Shown here: piece by piece, positions 42,425 through 52,352 of the stretch
Layout of the letters: every line of letters begins with the position of its first letter
Numbering within the stretch: position 1 is the stretch's first letter
Assembly: GCA_047285305.1 (NCBI GenBank)
Contig: JBJBDL010000003.1
Location: forward strand, 32,001-96,000
Source: Synechococcus sp.
GTDB lineage: Bacteria > Cyanobacteriota > Cyanobacteriia > PCC-6307 > Cyanobiaceae
DNA length: 64,000 bases
Direction: 5' to 3'
Notes under the pieces: model-generated
Told to the model about the DNA's origin: nothing
Seen by the model: only the letters and a program-made list of their open reading frames with translations
Databases searched by the model: none
Translations under genes and position numbers: made by a program

Positions 42425-42925
42425 TCAAGCACCGATCACGTACTTCGCCCATTCCTGGTGATGACCGGAATGGATCTGGCGCCGGGCTTCAAAACTGAGG
42501 CTGCTGGCCGGTCGCCGCGGGACATGGCGCAGAGGCATGGCGGCTTCCTTCGGAGTTCGATTGCCCTTTCGCACATTGCAGCTGAGGCAAGCCGTGGTCA
42601 CGTTCTCCCAGGTGTCACTACCTCCCCGACTGCGGGGCATCACATGGTCGATGGACAACTGATGGTCACGACTGCCGCAGTACTGGCATGTGTGGTTGTC
42701 CCGCTGAAAGAGGTTGCGACGCGTCAAGGGCAGCTGACGAAAGGGAACGCGGACGTACTGCCGCAGGCGAATCACAGTCGGCAGCTGGGTGCCCTGACGC
42801 AGTTGCCGACAGGGGTCGTGTTCCAAGCTCTCGGCCTTGCCCTTCAGCATCATCACCACAGCCCGTCTCCAGGTGGTGATATTGAGCGGCTCGTAGGACG
42901 CATTGAGAACGAGAACCTGGCCCAT
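42425..42925 (-). CDS. HNH endonuclease family protein
   Basis: VLVLNASYEP, RD..TCQYCG, DHV.PRSRGG..W.N....C..CN..K. Confidence 0.92.
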   Translation of the reverse strand: MGQVLVLNASYEPLNITTWRRAVVMMLKGKAESLEHDPCRQLRQGTQLPTVIRLRQYVRVPFRQLPLTRRNLFQRDNHTCQYCGSRDHQLSIDHVMPRSRGGSDTWENVTTACLSCNVRKGNRTPKEAAMPLRHVPRRPASSLSFEARRQIHSGHHQEWAKYVIGA

Positions 42926-42994
42926 GCCAGCTCACTCAATAATGGTCATGCTATCGGCAATGTGAAGCTGTCTCGGTAGCGCCGAGCACCGCCT

Positions 42995-44125
42995 GTGATT
43001 CCGGAGCTGAATCCACGTCAGCGCGCCTGGGTGGAGGTTTCACCTGCAGCGATTCGGGCCAACGCCAGGGCTCTCTGCCAGCACCTCGGCCCTCGCACCC
43101 AACTGATGGCGGTGGTGAAGGCCGATGGCTACGGCCACGGCGCCGAGACAGTGGCACGGGCTGCCCTTCAGGGGGGAGCCACCAGCCTTGGCGTGGCCAC
43201 GCTCCAGGAAGGCCTTGAACTGAGGCGAGCCGGCCTGGAAGCACCGGTGCTATTGCTCAGCAACCTCAATGAACCGGAGGACCTGCGCACCTGCCTGCAC
43301 TGGCGGTTGATGCCAACCCTGAGCAGCATCAGGGATGCTCAGCTCTGCAACGCTCTAGCAGCCGACAGCGGTCGGTGTTTCGACGTGCAATTGAAGATCG
43401 ACACCGGCATGGCACGGCTGGGCTGCTCCCTCAGCGAGGGACATCAGACCGCAGCGGACCTGCAGAGCCTGGAACACCTCAATCTGGAGGGCATCTACAG
43501 CCATCTGGCCTGTGCCGATGAGCCGAACGATGCCTTGACCAGCCTCCAGCAGGAGCGCTTCGTAAACATGCTTTCGGCCCTGCCCCAAGGAGGCGACGGC
43601 ATCACCCGTCATCTGGCCAACTCCGCAGGGACCCTGCTCAACCGGGAGCTGCACCATGACCTCGTGCGGGTTGGGCTGGCCCTGTACGGCCATGCCCCTG
43701 CAAGTCATCTGAGCAACATCATTCCTCTACAACCCGCCCTGGCCGTTCGTGCCAGGGTCAGCCTGATCCGTGAGGTGCCCGCCGACACAGGGGTCAGCTA
43801 CGGCCACCGCTTCATCACCCAGCGCCCCACTCGGCTTGCGGTGGTGGGCATCGGCTATGCAGATGGTGTTCTGCGGTCCCTCAGCGGGCATATTCACGCC
43901 CTGCATCGCAATCGCCAGCTGCCTCAGGTGGGAGCCATCACCATGGACCAGCTCCTGCTGGATGCCACCGATGCAGCTGAGCTGAAGCAAGGCGACATCG
44001 TCACTCTGCTGGGCCAGGACGGTGACCTGGAGTTAAGCCCTCAAAGCTGGAGCAACCACTGCGGCTCGATTCCCTGGGAGATCCTCTGTGGTTTCAAACG
44101 ACGTCTGCCCCGCGTTGAAGTCTGA
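42995..44125 (+). CDS. alr: Alanine racemase
   Basis: AVVKADGYGHG (PLP lysine), K.DTGM.RLG, HLANS, VSYG, IGYADG. Confidence 0.96.
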   Translation: MIPELNPRQRAWVEVSPAAIRANARALCQHLGPRTQLMAVVKADGYGHGAETVARAALQGGATSLGVATLQEGLELRRAGLEAPVLLLSNLNEPEDLRTCLHWRLMPTLSSIRDAQLCNALAADSGRCFDVQLKIDTGMARLGCSLSEGHQTAADLQSLEHLNLEGIYSHLACADEPNDALTSLQQERFVNMLSALPQGGDGITRHLANSAGTLLNRELHHDLVRVGLALYGHAPASHLSNIIPLQPALAVRARVSLIREVPADTGVSYGHRFITQRPTRLAVVGIGYADGVLRSLSGHIHALHRNRQLPQVGAITMDQLLLDATDAAELKQGDIVTLLGQDGDLELSPQSWSNHCGSIPWEILCGFKRRLPRVEV

Positions 44126-44162
44126 CCAACTGCCGAGCACTTGGTACTCTGGATGCGCCGCT

Positions 44163-44251
44163 GGAGAGGTGGCTGAGTGGTTGAAAGCGGCTCCCTGCTA
44201 AGGAGTTACAGGAGGCAACTTCTGTCGAGGGTTCGAATCCCTCCCTCTCCG
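44163..44251 (+). tRNA. trnS: tRNA-Ser(GCT)
   Basis: GGAGAGGTGGCTGAGTGGTTGAAAGCG-GCTCC-CTGCTAA-GGAGT, long variable arm, GGTTCGAATCC, CCTCTCCG. Confidence 0.97.
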
Positions 44252-44267
44252 TTCCAAGTACTTGAAC

Positions 44268-45182
44268 TCAATCCGCCGGCTCCTCTGAGCTGGTGAACAG
44301 ATTGAGTTGACGTGCCAGCTCCGGCAAAAGGGATGCGTCCCTAGCACGATCAGGCCCCGTGGTGAAGACCACCAGCAAGCTGGGCGGCTGCTGTTCGGAC
44401 GACTGGAACCAGGCGGCGTCATGACGGGCCTGACTCATCCAGCCGGCCTTACTCCACAGCAGCGCATCCTCAGGCAGCCCCTCGCCCAGAAAGCCATCCA
44501 CCTGGTTTTCAGGATCAGCACGACGCTGCTTTTGATCGAGCGAGCGCCGCAACAGACCCTGCAGCCGACGACAGGCCGGTGGCGACACCACCGCACCGGT
44601 CATCACCGCCTCCAGCATCCGGGCTGTCGCAAGTGTGGACAAGCCATTGCGGTTGCCGTTGTCGGCCCCATAGAACATTTTTTCCCGGCCGAAGGGACCA
44701 TCACCCCAGGTCTTCTGGCAGCAATTCACCGCCTCAAGTTCCGGCCAAGCCAAGCTCTGCAACCAGCCATTGATCAAGCGACGCTGCTGCGTCCAAAACT
44801 CCCAGCGTTCGCCATGGAGGACAGGGCCGCTGGTGGTGCCTGTGAGCAGATCAACCACAAGGCCCGTGGCATCGTTGCTGGAGTCGGCGATCATGTCGCG
44901 CATCGCGCGACTCAATTCGTCGCTGTCAGGAATCAAGTCCCGTTGCAGCCACTGCTCAACGGCGACGGCATAGAACAGCTTCACCACGCTGGCCGGATAG
45001 AGGATCCGGTCTTGGTTCCAGGAAGCACCACGGCCCTGACCCGCCTCCGGTGACGCGTCGTCGTACCGCACCCAGGTGATCGCCAGGCTGTTGCGCAGCC
45101 CCGGGCGACCGTCGGCATCGAGCCCATCGAGGGCCGCCTCAAGCCGAGCCGCCATTGCGGGATCGGGACGGTAGAACGCCAT
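44268..45182 (-). CDS. Serine hydrolase, class A beta-lactamase/PBP-like family
   Basis: SxxK (ASVVK), SxN (SSN), K-A-G (WSKAG), RHDAA; no signal peptide evident. Confidence 0.82.
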   Translation of the reverse strand: MAFYRPDPAMAARLEAALDGLDADGRPGLRNSLAITWVRYDDASPEAGQGRGASWNQDRILYPASVVKLFYAVAVEQWLQRDLIPDSDELSRAMRDMIADSSNDATGLVVDLLTGTTSGPVLHGERWEFWTQQRRLINGWLQSLAWPELEAVNCCQKTWGDGPFGREKMFYGADNGNRNGLSTLATARMLEAVMTGAVVSPPACRRLQGLLRRSLDQKQRRADPENQVDGFLGEGLPEDALLWSKAGWMSQARHDAAWFQSSEQQPPSLLVVFTTGPDRARDASLLPELARQLNLFTSSEEPAD

Positions 45183-45199
45183 AGCGATTCGATTGGGCC

Positions 45200-45928
45200 A
45201 TGGCGACGTTAGGCACCCTGCTGGCCCCGGACCTGATTCAGACAGGCTCCTGTTGGCAGCTGTGCGCTGACGTGAATGGTTATTCGCGATCTGACGGCGC
45301 GATTCTGACCACCCAGGCCTGTCGTGGACGCCGCTTTCGCATTCTGGAGAGGCAGCGCAAGAGGATCGCTGTTCAGCTGCTGGAGGATGGCTACCGCTGC
45401 TGGCTCGAACTCGAGGCGGTTCTGGGGCGAGCTAAGCGATGCGCAGGCTGGCGACCGTCGCCGCTGAGCTCCTCGGAGATTGATCGACGTCTGCCCGGCG
45501 TTCTCGCCTGGAGCGAAACCGCCCAGCAGCATCCCAATGTCTACCTCTGGGGAGGCACCACAGAACCGGACATGGATTGTTCCGGTCTGATGCAGATGGC
45601 CTTCGCCAGCCAGGACATTTGGATTCCGCGAGATGCATATCAACAGGAGCGGTTCTGCCAACCTGTTGCCGCTATCCCCGACGATCACAGCCTGCTGCGC
45701 CCGGGAGATCTGCTGTTTTTTGGCACACGCCAGCGGTGCACCCATGTGGGGCTCCATCTCGGCGATGGCCGCTACCGCCATAGCTCAGGCCAGGACCATG
45801 GGCGCAATGGGATAGGCATCGACAGCCTGCACAGCAGCGATCAACACCCGGTGGCTTGCCATTACAGGGCTGAATTCCGCGGTGCAGGCCGTGTGGTGCG
45901 TTGCCATGACGGATCGCATCTCTCCTGA
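45200..45928 (+). CDS. NlpC/P60 (C40) cysteine peptidase with SH3-like N-terminus
   Basis: ED.Y..W, Y.WGG....DCSGL.Q, PRDAYQQ, PGDL.FF, HVG..LG...Y.HS. Confidence 0.9.
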   Translation: MATLGTLLAPDLIQTGSCWQLCADVNGYSRSDGAILTTQACRGRRFRILERQRKRIAVQLLEDGYRCWLELEAVLGRAKRCAGWRPSPLSSSEIDRRLPGVLAWSETAQQHPNVYLWGGTTEPDMDCSGLMQMAFASQDIWIPRDAYQQERFCQPVAAIPDDHSLLRPGDLLFFGTRQRCTHVGLHLGDGRYRHSSGQDHGRNGIGIDSLHSSDQHPVACHYRAEFRGAGRVVRCHDGSHLS

Positions 45929-45988
45929 CGCTGTCAGCCGGATTAACCGGGCCCCGGCTTAAGTTGAGCAAATCGCAGCGCGACCGGC

Positions 45989-46951
45989 ATGAGTGCACCC
46001 CTGAATCTCTCGGTGGTGGTGCCCCTGTACAACGAAGAGGAAAGCCTGCCTCATCTGGTTGAGCAGCTCCTTTCGGCGCTGCGTCCAACCGACGAAGCGT
46101 TTGAGCTGGTCCTGGTCGACGACGGATCCAGCGACGGCACCGCGAAAGTGCTGGCCAAGCTCAGCGCAGAAGTCCCCGAAGTGGTGGCTGTGCTGCTGCG
46201 AAAAAATTATGGCCAGACAGCTGCCATGGCGGCAGGGTTTGATGTGGCTGGCGGAGAGGTGATCGTCAGCCTCGATGGAGATCTGCAGAACGATCCAGCC
46301 GACATCCCCATGCTGCTGGCCAAACTGCGAGAGGGGTACGACCTCGTCAGTGGCTGGCGCCATCAGCGCCAGGACGCCGCCCTCCAGCGCAAACTTCCCT
46401 CCCGGATCGCCAACCGCTTGATCGGCCGGGTGACTGGGGTACGGCTGCATGACTACGGCTGCTCTCTCAAGGCCTACCGCCGCGAGGTGCTCTCAGACAT
46501 GCGGCTTTATGGGGAGCTGCATCGCTTTCTTCCCGCCCTGGCCTTCATCGAGGGTGCACGAATCACCGAAGTGAAGGTGAACCACCGGGCGCGTCAGTTC
46601 GGCAGCAGCAAGTACGGGATCGATCGCACCTTCCGTGTGCTGATGGATCTGCTCACCGTCTGGTTCATGAAGCGTTTTCTGACCAGGCCGATGTATGTGT
46701 TCGGTTTCGGTGGGCTGCTGGCCATCGCCGCCAGCCTGATCACCAGCACCTATCTCCTGGTGATCAAGGTGATGGGAGGCGACATTGCAAATCGCCCATT
46801 GCTCACCCTTGCGGTGGTGCTTTGGTTGGCGGGCATTCAATTGTTCTGCTTCGGACTGCTAGGCGAACTGCTGATCCGCACTTACCACGAAAGCCAAGAC
46901 CGACCGATTTATCGCATCCGCGAAACATTGCGCGGCGGCCGAGCCGGCTGA
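45989..46951 (+). CDS. Family 2 glycosyltransferase (GtrB/ArnC-like polyprenyl-phosphate GT)
   Basis: SVVVP.YNEE, VDDGS.D, N.GQ.AA..AG, D.DLQNDP, two C-terminal TM helices. Confidence 0.9.
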   Translation: MSAPLNLSVVVPLYNEEESLPHLVEQLLSALRPTDEAFELVLVDDGSSDGTAKVLAKLSAEVPEVVAVLLRKNYGQTAAMAAGFDVAGGEVIVSLDGDLQNDPADIPMLLAKLREGYDLVSGWRHQRQDAALQRKLPSRIANRLIGRVTGVRLHDYGCSLKAYRREVLSDMRLYGELHRFLPALAFIEGARITEVKVNHRARQFGSSKYGIDRTFRVLMDLLTVWFMKRFLTRPMYVFGFGGLLAIAASLITSTYLLVIKVMGGDIANRPLLTLAVVLWLAGIQLFCFGLLGELLIRTYHESQDRPIYRIRETLRGGRAG

Positions 46952-47376
46952 CGGATCGGGGAAGCGGCCGGCGCACCGCGGAACGGTGAGATCGCAGCGG
47001 CAGCTTCTTCCACCACACGCGCATCGCTGTCACGCAGCGCTTGGCGCAGCAGGGGGAGAGCCGAACGATGTCCCCATCGAGCGGCCAAACGAACGGCGCG
47101 CAAACGCTCCTCGGGTCCAGCCTCCATATCAGCCTTGAGGCGACGCTCCAGGGCAAGACGCTCCAGGGGACTGCTCGGTGCCGTCCAGGACTCCAGGGAA
47201 ATATCGGCTGATTCCCCATCAGAGACAGGCTCGATCACCAGTTCCAACTGGGCACGATTGATCTGTGCGACACGGCTGGCATCCGTGCTGGAGAGCATCG
47301 GCTTCACCGGCTTCCTGCGCAACCAGAGCACCACCGTGAGCAGCACGACGGCACCAGGGAGGAGAACGTTCTGCAT
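46909..47376 (-). CDS. Membrane-anchored HEAT-repeat protein
   Basis: N-terminal hydrophobic helix; ER..AV..A..WG...LP.L..ALRD.D..V...AA.A. Confidence 0.7.
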   Translation of the reverse strand: MQNVLLPGAVVLLTVVLWLRRKPVKPMLSSTDASRVAQINRAQLELVIEPVSDGESADISLESWTAPSSPLERLALERRLKADMEAGPEERLRAVRLAARWGHRSALPLLRQALRDSDARVVEEAAAAISPFRGAPAASPIRQPARPPRNVSRMR

Positions 47377-47466
47377 GCGGATTGAACTTTTATGTCGCCG
47401 TCGGGGCCTAAAGCAGGCCGTCAGAACGGACCTACTTACAGTAGCTGCGAAGCTTTTGGCCTCGAC

Positions 47467-47583
47467 ATGACTGGAGATTTCGCTGCTGCCTGGCTGCCTG
47501 CGATTTTCGTACCCATCACAGGAATCGTGTTCCCCGCAGTGTTCATCGTCCTTGTTGGTCGAGTGATCACCGCTGCCGAGTGA
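47467..47583 (+). CDS. psaI: Photosystem I subunit VIII PsaI
   Basis: [21 protein letters not shown]; directly upstream of psaL. Confidence 0.95.
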   Translation: MTGDFAAAWLPAIFVPITGIVFPAVFIVLVGRVITAAE

Positions 47584-47626
47584 ACGCGACCTGCGGACCG
47601 TTTCAACCTCTCAGCACTCGTACCTC

Positions 47627-48118
47627 ATGACCGTCACTCCTGCTGCTGATCCCTGCGTCGGCAACCTTGCGACACCCGTCAATAGCGGCTATTTCATCAA
47701 GGGCCTGATCAACAACCTGCCCCTCTACCGCCCAGGGATTTCCCCGAACTTCCGTGGTCTGGAAACCGGTGCAGCCTTCGGCTACCTGCTCTACGGCCCC
47801 TTCACCATCTGTGGTCCCCTGCGTGCCACGGAGTACCAGCAAACCGCTGGCCTGCTGGCTGCCATCGGCGCCGTGCACATCCTCAGCCTGCTGTTCCTGC
47901 TCTACAACCAGCCCGGCAAGCAACCCAACATCCCCCCTGCAGATGTGACGGTTGAAAATCCCCCCGCCGACCTCTTCACCCGCACCGGTTGGGCTGACTT
48001 CACCAGTGGGTTCTGGCTCGGTGGTTGCGGCGGTGCCGTTTTCGCCTGGTTCCTTTGCAACACCGTTCACGTGCAGGAGCTGTTCAAGATCGCTGCTGGT
48101 GTCTGGAGCGTGGGCTGA
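47627..48118 (+). CDS. psaL: Photosystem I subunit XI PsaL
   Basis: [18 protein letters not shown]...RGLE.G, GPF...GPLR, GW..F..GF..GG.GGA. Confidence 0.97.
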   Translation: MTVTPAADPCVGNLATPVNSGYFIKGLINNLPLYRPGISPNFRGLETGAAFGYLLYGPFTICGPLRATEYQQTAGLLAAIGAVHILSLLFLLYNQPGKQPNIPPADVTVENPPADLFTRTGWADFTSGFWLGGCGGAVFAWFLCNTVHVQELFKIAAGVWSVG

Positions 48119-48152
48119 AGCCATCCACTGAAACAGCCAACCAAAATCATTC

Positions 48153-48192
48153 ATCCCCCGATTGCCTGATTCCAGGCGATAGGGGGATTTTT
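48153..48192 (+). terminator. Intrinsic terminator after psaI-psaL
   Basis: ATCCCCC-G-ATTGCCTG-ATTC-CAGGCGAT-A-GGGGGAT followed by a T run. Confidence 0.75.
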
Positions 48193-48226
48193 CCTGGCAG
48201 GATTCATTCACATTTGAGACGTCCCG

Positions 48227-51200
48227 GTGCGGTCGATCTCCCAGCCGTTTCTTCGGCGGCCGGTTCTGACGGTCGTCTGCAGCCTGCTGATCCTTTTGGC
48301 GGGCTGCAGGGCATTGTTCGGCCTGGGGCTGGAGGATCTTCCGCCCCTAGCTCCCACACGCGTGAGTGTGACCGCCAGCTTCCCAGCGGCTTCACCGGAG
48401 GTGGTGGAGCAGAGCGTGACCCGAGTATTGGAACAACAGCTGAATGGCCTTGAAGGGGTCGAAAGCATCAGCTCAACCAGTAGGCAGGGCGGCGCCAGCA
48501 TCTCGTTGCGGTTCAACGCGGGTGATCCTGAGCTAAATGCGATCAAGGTTCAGAACGAGGTGAACCTGGCCAGCCGCCGGCTCCCACTGGCCGTAACGCG
48601 CCAGGGGCTCCAGGTGCGGCGCTCCTCGGAAGACCTGTTGATGATCCTGGGGTTCAGCCACCCTCCGGATCAATACATCCCCACCTTTCTCATCGGCTGG
48701 CTGGACCAGACCCTGCGGGACGCGCTGCTCAGCACACCAGGCATCGGTGATGTGCGGATCTTCGGGAGCAGTGAACTCTCATATCGCCTTTGGTTGAATC
48801 CGCAACGCCTCGAACAGACCAAACTCACCCTTGGCGATGTCAGCCGAGCTCTGGCTGAACAGAACGTTTTGGCTGCCATTGGCAGCATCGGGGCTGCCCC
48901 AGTTCCAGCGGGCCAAGTGCTGAGCCTTCCGGTGGAAGCGGAAGGGCGTCTTCGCAGCCAATCGGATTTCGAGAATCTCGTCTTGCGTCGGCTCGACAAC
49001 GGCGGGCTGCTGCGCCTGAAGGATGTGGGACGGGTTGCCCTCGGACAGCGCAACTACGGACGAGAGGCCATGAATCTGGCTGGCGAGCGTTCGGTGGCCG
49101 TGGGGATCTACCAGCGCGATGGGGCCAATGCCCTAGAGGTGAGCAGGGCGATCAAGCGCAAGCTGAAGCAGTTGGAAGCGAGCTTTCCCCCGGGCATCGA
49201 GCTCTCAATGATCGTGGATGTGGCCGACACGGTTCAGGCCAACCTCGATCGCACCTTCATCACCTTGCGCGATGCCGTGCTGCTGGTGCTAGTGGTTCTG
49301 GTGCTGTTTCTGGGCCGCTGGCGTCTCGCCCTGATCCCTGGTCTTGCCGTGCCGGTGGCGCTGGTGGGAAGCCTCAGCCTGGTGAAACTGAGCGGTTCCA
49401 ATCTCAACAGCCTGATCCTGTTTGGACTGGTGCTGGCCACCGGGATCGTTGTGGATGACGCCATCGTCGTGAGCGAAGACATCGCCGGACGCATCGAACG
49501 GGGAACACCCCCCGAACAGGCGGCCGAAGACGCCATGGCCGAGCTGGCGACGGCCGTTGTGGCCACCTCATTGGTGCTGGCAGCCGTGTTCCTACCCGTG
49601 CTGCTCATTCCCGGATCGATCGGACGCCTCTATCAACCGATCGCCCTGGCCATCAGCGGAGCGATTCTGTTCTCCACCTTGAATGCGCTCAGCTTCACCC
49701 CGATGGCCTGCGCCCGGGTGTTGGGGTCACGGGGCGGCCGTCTTCCTGGGGCCATCGGCAAGCTCAGCCGCTGGCTTCGGCAGGGCATGCAAACCGTGCA
49801 ATCCCACTACGCGAAACAACTCGAGCACTGGCTGCAGCGCAAGCGACGCATCGCCCTCGTGCTGCTGAGCGGCCTTGTCATCACGGCCTCAGGATTGGCG
49901 GTGATGCCGACGGCGTTCATCCCCGATGACGACCAAGGCCAGATCCGCGGCTACTTCACCCTGCCCGACGGCGCCAGCCTTGAGCGCAGCGTGGCCGTGA
50001 TGGACGACATCCGACGCATCGTCAGCGAAGAGCCCCTGGTGCGCACCGGCAACTTTTATGCCGGCAGCTCCTTCGGACAGAGCGGAGAAGACCGTGGATC
50101 GTTTTACTTGCGCCTTCAGCCACTCAAGGACCGACCTGGCAAAGAGCGAAGCAGCAACGCCATCAAACGCCGTCTCAATCGCAAGATTCAGCAACGGGTT
50201 GGTGAGGCCAGGGTCGTGCTGATCACCCCACCAACCGTGCGGGGCTTCAACAGTGAATCAGGACTTACGCTGGAACTGCTGGACCGCAGCGGAGGGCAAC
50301 TCAGCCTGAAGCAATTCGGCCAAGTCGCCCAGAATTTCATCAAGACGGCCAAGGCGACAGACCGATTTGAACGGGTGAGCACCCGCTTTGATGCCAGCTT
50401 CCCCCGCTGGCGGCTGGAGCTCGACCGCGACCAACTGGCTGCTCTCGAGCTCGACTACGGCACAACGCTGCGGGAGATCGGCACCGCCTTCGGCGGCCGC
50501 TACATCGATGACACCTACGAGGACGGTCGAATCCGCTCCATCGTTCTTCAGCTGGAAGGCAGCGAGCGACGTCGGCCGGAAGATCTCACCGGGCTGATGG
50601 TGCGCAACCGCAGCGGTGAGCTGGTGTCGGTAGCCAGCGTGGCCAACCTGACCCTCGAGGAGGGCGTCAACAACATTCGCCACTTCGGACTCAACCGGGC
50701 CATCCAGATCACGGCCATCCCCGCGCCAACGGTCAGCAGCGGTGAAGCCATCGATGCCCTCACCCAGGCCGGTGATCGCATTGGAGGCAGCAACATCGGC
50801 CTGGCCTTCACAGGCCTGGCGTTAGAGGAACAACGGGCTGGGCAGGTGACCTGGGTGCTGTTCGCCCTCGGCGTGACGGTGGTCTATCTGCTGCTAGCCG
50901 CTCTCTACGAGAGTTTCATTGACCCGTTGATCATCCTGCTCACGGTGCCGATGGCCCTGCTCGGAGCTCTGATTGGCTTGAAATTGCGGGGCCTTCCACT
51001 GGATGTTTACGGCCAGATGGGACTCCTGGTGCTGGTGAGCCTGGCGGCCAAGAACGGAATTCTGATAGTGGAATTCGCCAACCAGCGGATGGCGGCTGGC
51101 CTGGCCCTGCGCGACGCCGTTGTGGATGCGGCCGTGAACCGGATGCGCCCGATCCTGCTGACAGCGGTCACATCCCTGGCGGGTTTTCTGCCCCTTCTGT

Positions 51201-51343
51201 TCGCCCAGGGCACGGGAGCCGCCAGCAGGGTCAGCATTGGCACCGTGGTGTTCAGCGGACTGCTGATGGCCTCGTTGCTGTCCCTGTTTGCCGTCCCTGC
51301 CGTTTATCTGATGCTGAAACGCGATCGAAGGCCCACCGCGTAG
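48227..51343 (+). CDS. RND efflux permease (AcrB/AcrD/AcrF, HAE1 family)
   Basis: 1038 aa; F.RRPV, GIVVDDAIVV.E (TM4 Asp pair), AKNGILIVEFA (TM10 Lys), R.RPIL.T. Confidence 0.93.
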   Translation: MRSISQPFLRRPVLTVVCSLLILLAGCRALFGLGLEDLPPLAPTRVSVTASFPAASPEVVEQSVTRVLEQQLNGLEGVESISSTSRQGGASISLRFNAGDPELNAIKVQNEVNLASRRLPLAVTRQGLQVRRSSEDLLMILGFSHPPDQYIPTFLIGWLDQTLRDALLSTPGIGDVRIFGSSELSYRLWLNPQRLEQTKLTLGDVSRALAEQNVLAAIGSIGAAPVPAGQVLSLPVEAEGRLRSQSDFENLVLRRLDNGGLLRLKDVGRVALGQRNYGREAMNLAGERSVAVGIYQRDGANALEVSRAIKRKLKQLEASFPPGIELSMIVDVADTVQANLDRTFITLRDAVLLVLVVLVLFLGRWRLALIPGLAVPVALVGSLSLVKLSGSNLNSLILFGLVLATGIVVDDAIVVSEDIAGRIERGTPPEQAAEDAMAELATAVVATSLVLAAVFLPVLLIPGSIGRLYQPIALAISGAILFSTLNALSFTPMACARVLGSRGGRLPGAIGKLSRWLRQGMQTVQSHYAKQLEHWLQRKRRIALVLLSGLVITASGLAVMPTAFIPDDDQGQIRGYFTLPDGASLERSVAVMDDIRRIVSEEPLVRTGNFYAGSSFGQSGEDRGSFYLRLQPLKDRPGKERSSNAIKRRLNRKIQQRVGEARVVLITPPTVRGFNSESGLTLELLDRSGGQLSLKQFGQVAQNFIKTAKATDRFERVSTRFDASFPRWRLELDRDQLAALELDYGTTLREIGTAFGGRYIDDTYEDGRIRSIVLQLEGSERRRPEDLTGLMVRNRSGELVSVASVANLTLEEGVNNIRHFGLNRAIQITAIPAPTVSSGEAIDALTQAGDRIGGSNIGLAFTGLALEEQRAGQVTWVLFALGVTVVYLLLAALYESFIDPLIILLTVPMALLGALIGLKLRGLPLDVYGQMGLLVLVSLAAKNGILIVEFANQRMAAGLALRDAVVDAAVNRMRPILLTAVTSLAGFLPLLFAQGTGAASRVSIGTVVFSGLLMASLLSLFAVPAVYLMLKRDRRPTA

Positions 51344-51384
51344 GGTGCGCTCTCGATCCAATGGTTCTGCTGCTGGAGGGAACG

Positions 51385-52341
51385 ATGAACATCACCTTGC
51401 GGGCGACGACGGCAACCAGTTCCCAGGCGCAGTTCTTCGATTACGCCTCAGCGGCCAATCCCCTGCAGCAGGGGCTGATCAGCACAATCCCCTACCGCAG
51501 CTTTTCGGCCAGTTTTTTTGATCAAGCCGGAACGGCCCTGCAACCTCTTGATTTAAGTGCCGACTTGCACTGCGAAGGCCCAGCCACCGGTCCATCGCTC
51601 TGCGGCAACTTCATCCGACTGGATCAGGGATCCCTGCGCACCCATGCGGATGCGACCAGTCAGCTGTTCTTCGTGGCCCGAGGCCATGGACAAACTGAAG
51701 CCTGTGGTCAGGTTTTTCACTGGAGCGAGGGAGACACGTTCGTGCTTCCGGCGGGCGGTGAAGCCATTCACAGCAGCGACACCCATGCAGGCCTGTATTG
51801 GGTGCACGATGCCCCTTTGCTTCGTTATCTGGGGGTGAGCACCGTGAAACCGGTGTTCGAGCCCTGCTTCTACAGCCATCAGGATGCTCGCGCGCAGCTG
51901 GATGCCATCGCCAGCAATCCCCGCGGAGCCAACGCCAATCGCGTGAGTGTGCTGTTGGGAAACAACGCCTTCCCTCAGACGCGCACCGTCACCCACACCC
52001 TCTGGGCCATGTTGGGAATCCTCCCCGCAGGCCAGGTGCAGCGGCCCCACCGACACCAGTCAATCGCCCTTGATTTTGCGGTGGCCTGCCAACCGGGTTG
52101 CTACACGATGATCGGCACCGAGCTGGATGAGAACGGGATGATCCGCAACGGGCACCGGGAAGACTGGGCAGCCGGTGCAGCCTTCGTGACCCCGCCCGGC
52201 TACTGGCACTCCCACCACAACGAATCCGGCGCCGACGCCTACGTGCTGCCCATTCAGGATGCCGGCCTGCACACCTATCTGCGCACGCTCGACATTGCCT
52301 TCAGCAACAGGGGCCGGGCTGACTTAACCAACACCCCATAG
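51385..52341 (+). CDS. Bicupin protein, gentisate 1,2-dioxygenase-like
   Basis: Two cupin repeats (W.EGD.F.LP; PHRH...TPPG.WHSH.N..QDAGL); GGAGG SD before ATG 51385. Confidence 0.7.
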   Translation: MNITLRATTATSSQAQFFDYASAANPLQQGLISTIPYRSFSASFFDQAGTALQPLDLSADLHCEGPATGPSLCGNFIRLDQGSLRTHADATSQLFFVARGHGQTEACGQVFHWSEGDTFVLPAGGEAIHSSDTHAGLYWVHDAPLLRYLGVSTVKPVFEPCFYSHQDARAQLDAIASNPRGANANRVSVLLGNNAFPQTRTVTHTLWAMLGILPAGQVQRPHRHQSIALDFAVACQPGCYTMIGTELDENGMIRNGHREDWAAGAAFVTPPGYWHSHHNESGADAYVLPIQDAGLHTYLRTLDIAFSNRGRADLTNTP

Positions 52342-52352
52342 CCAACCCAACC

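Noticed and set aside
46909..46951. 43-bp convergent overlap of the GT2 and HEAT genes (similar overlaps at crtD/tyrA and lipA/yciI)
   Set aside because: Short 3' overlaps are common in compact picocyanobacterial genomes; no sign of frameshift
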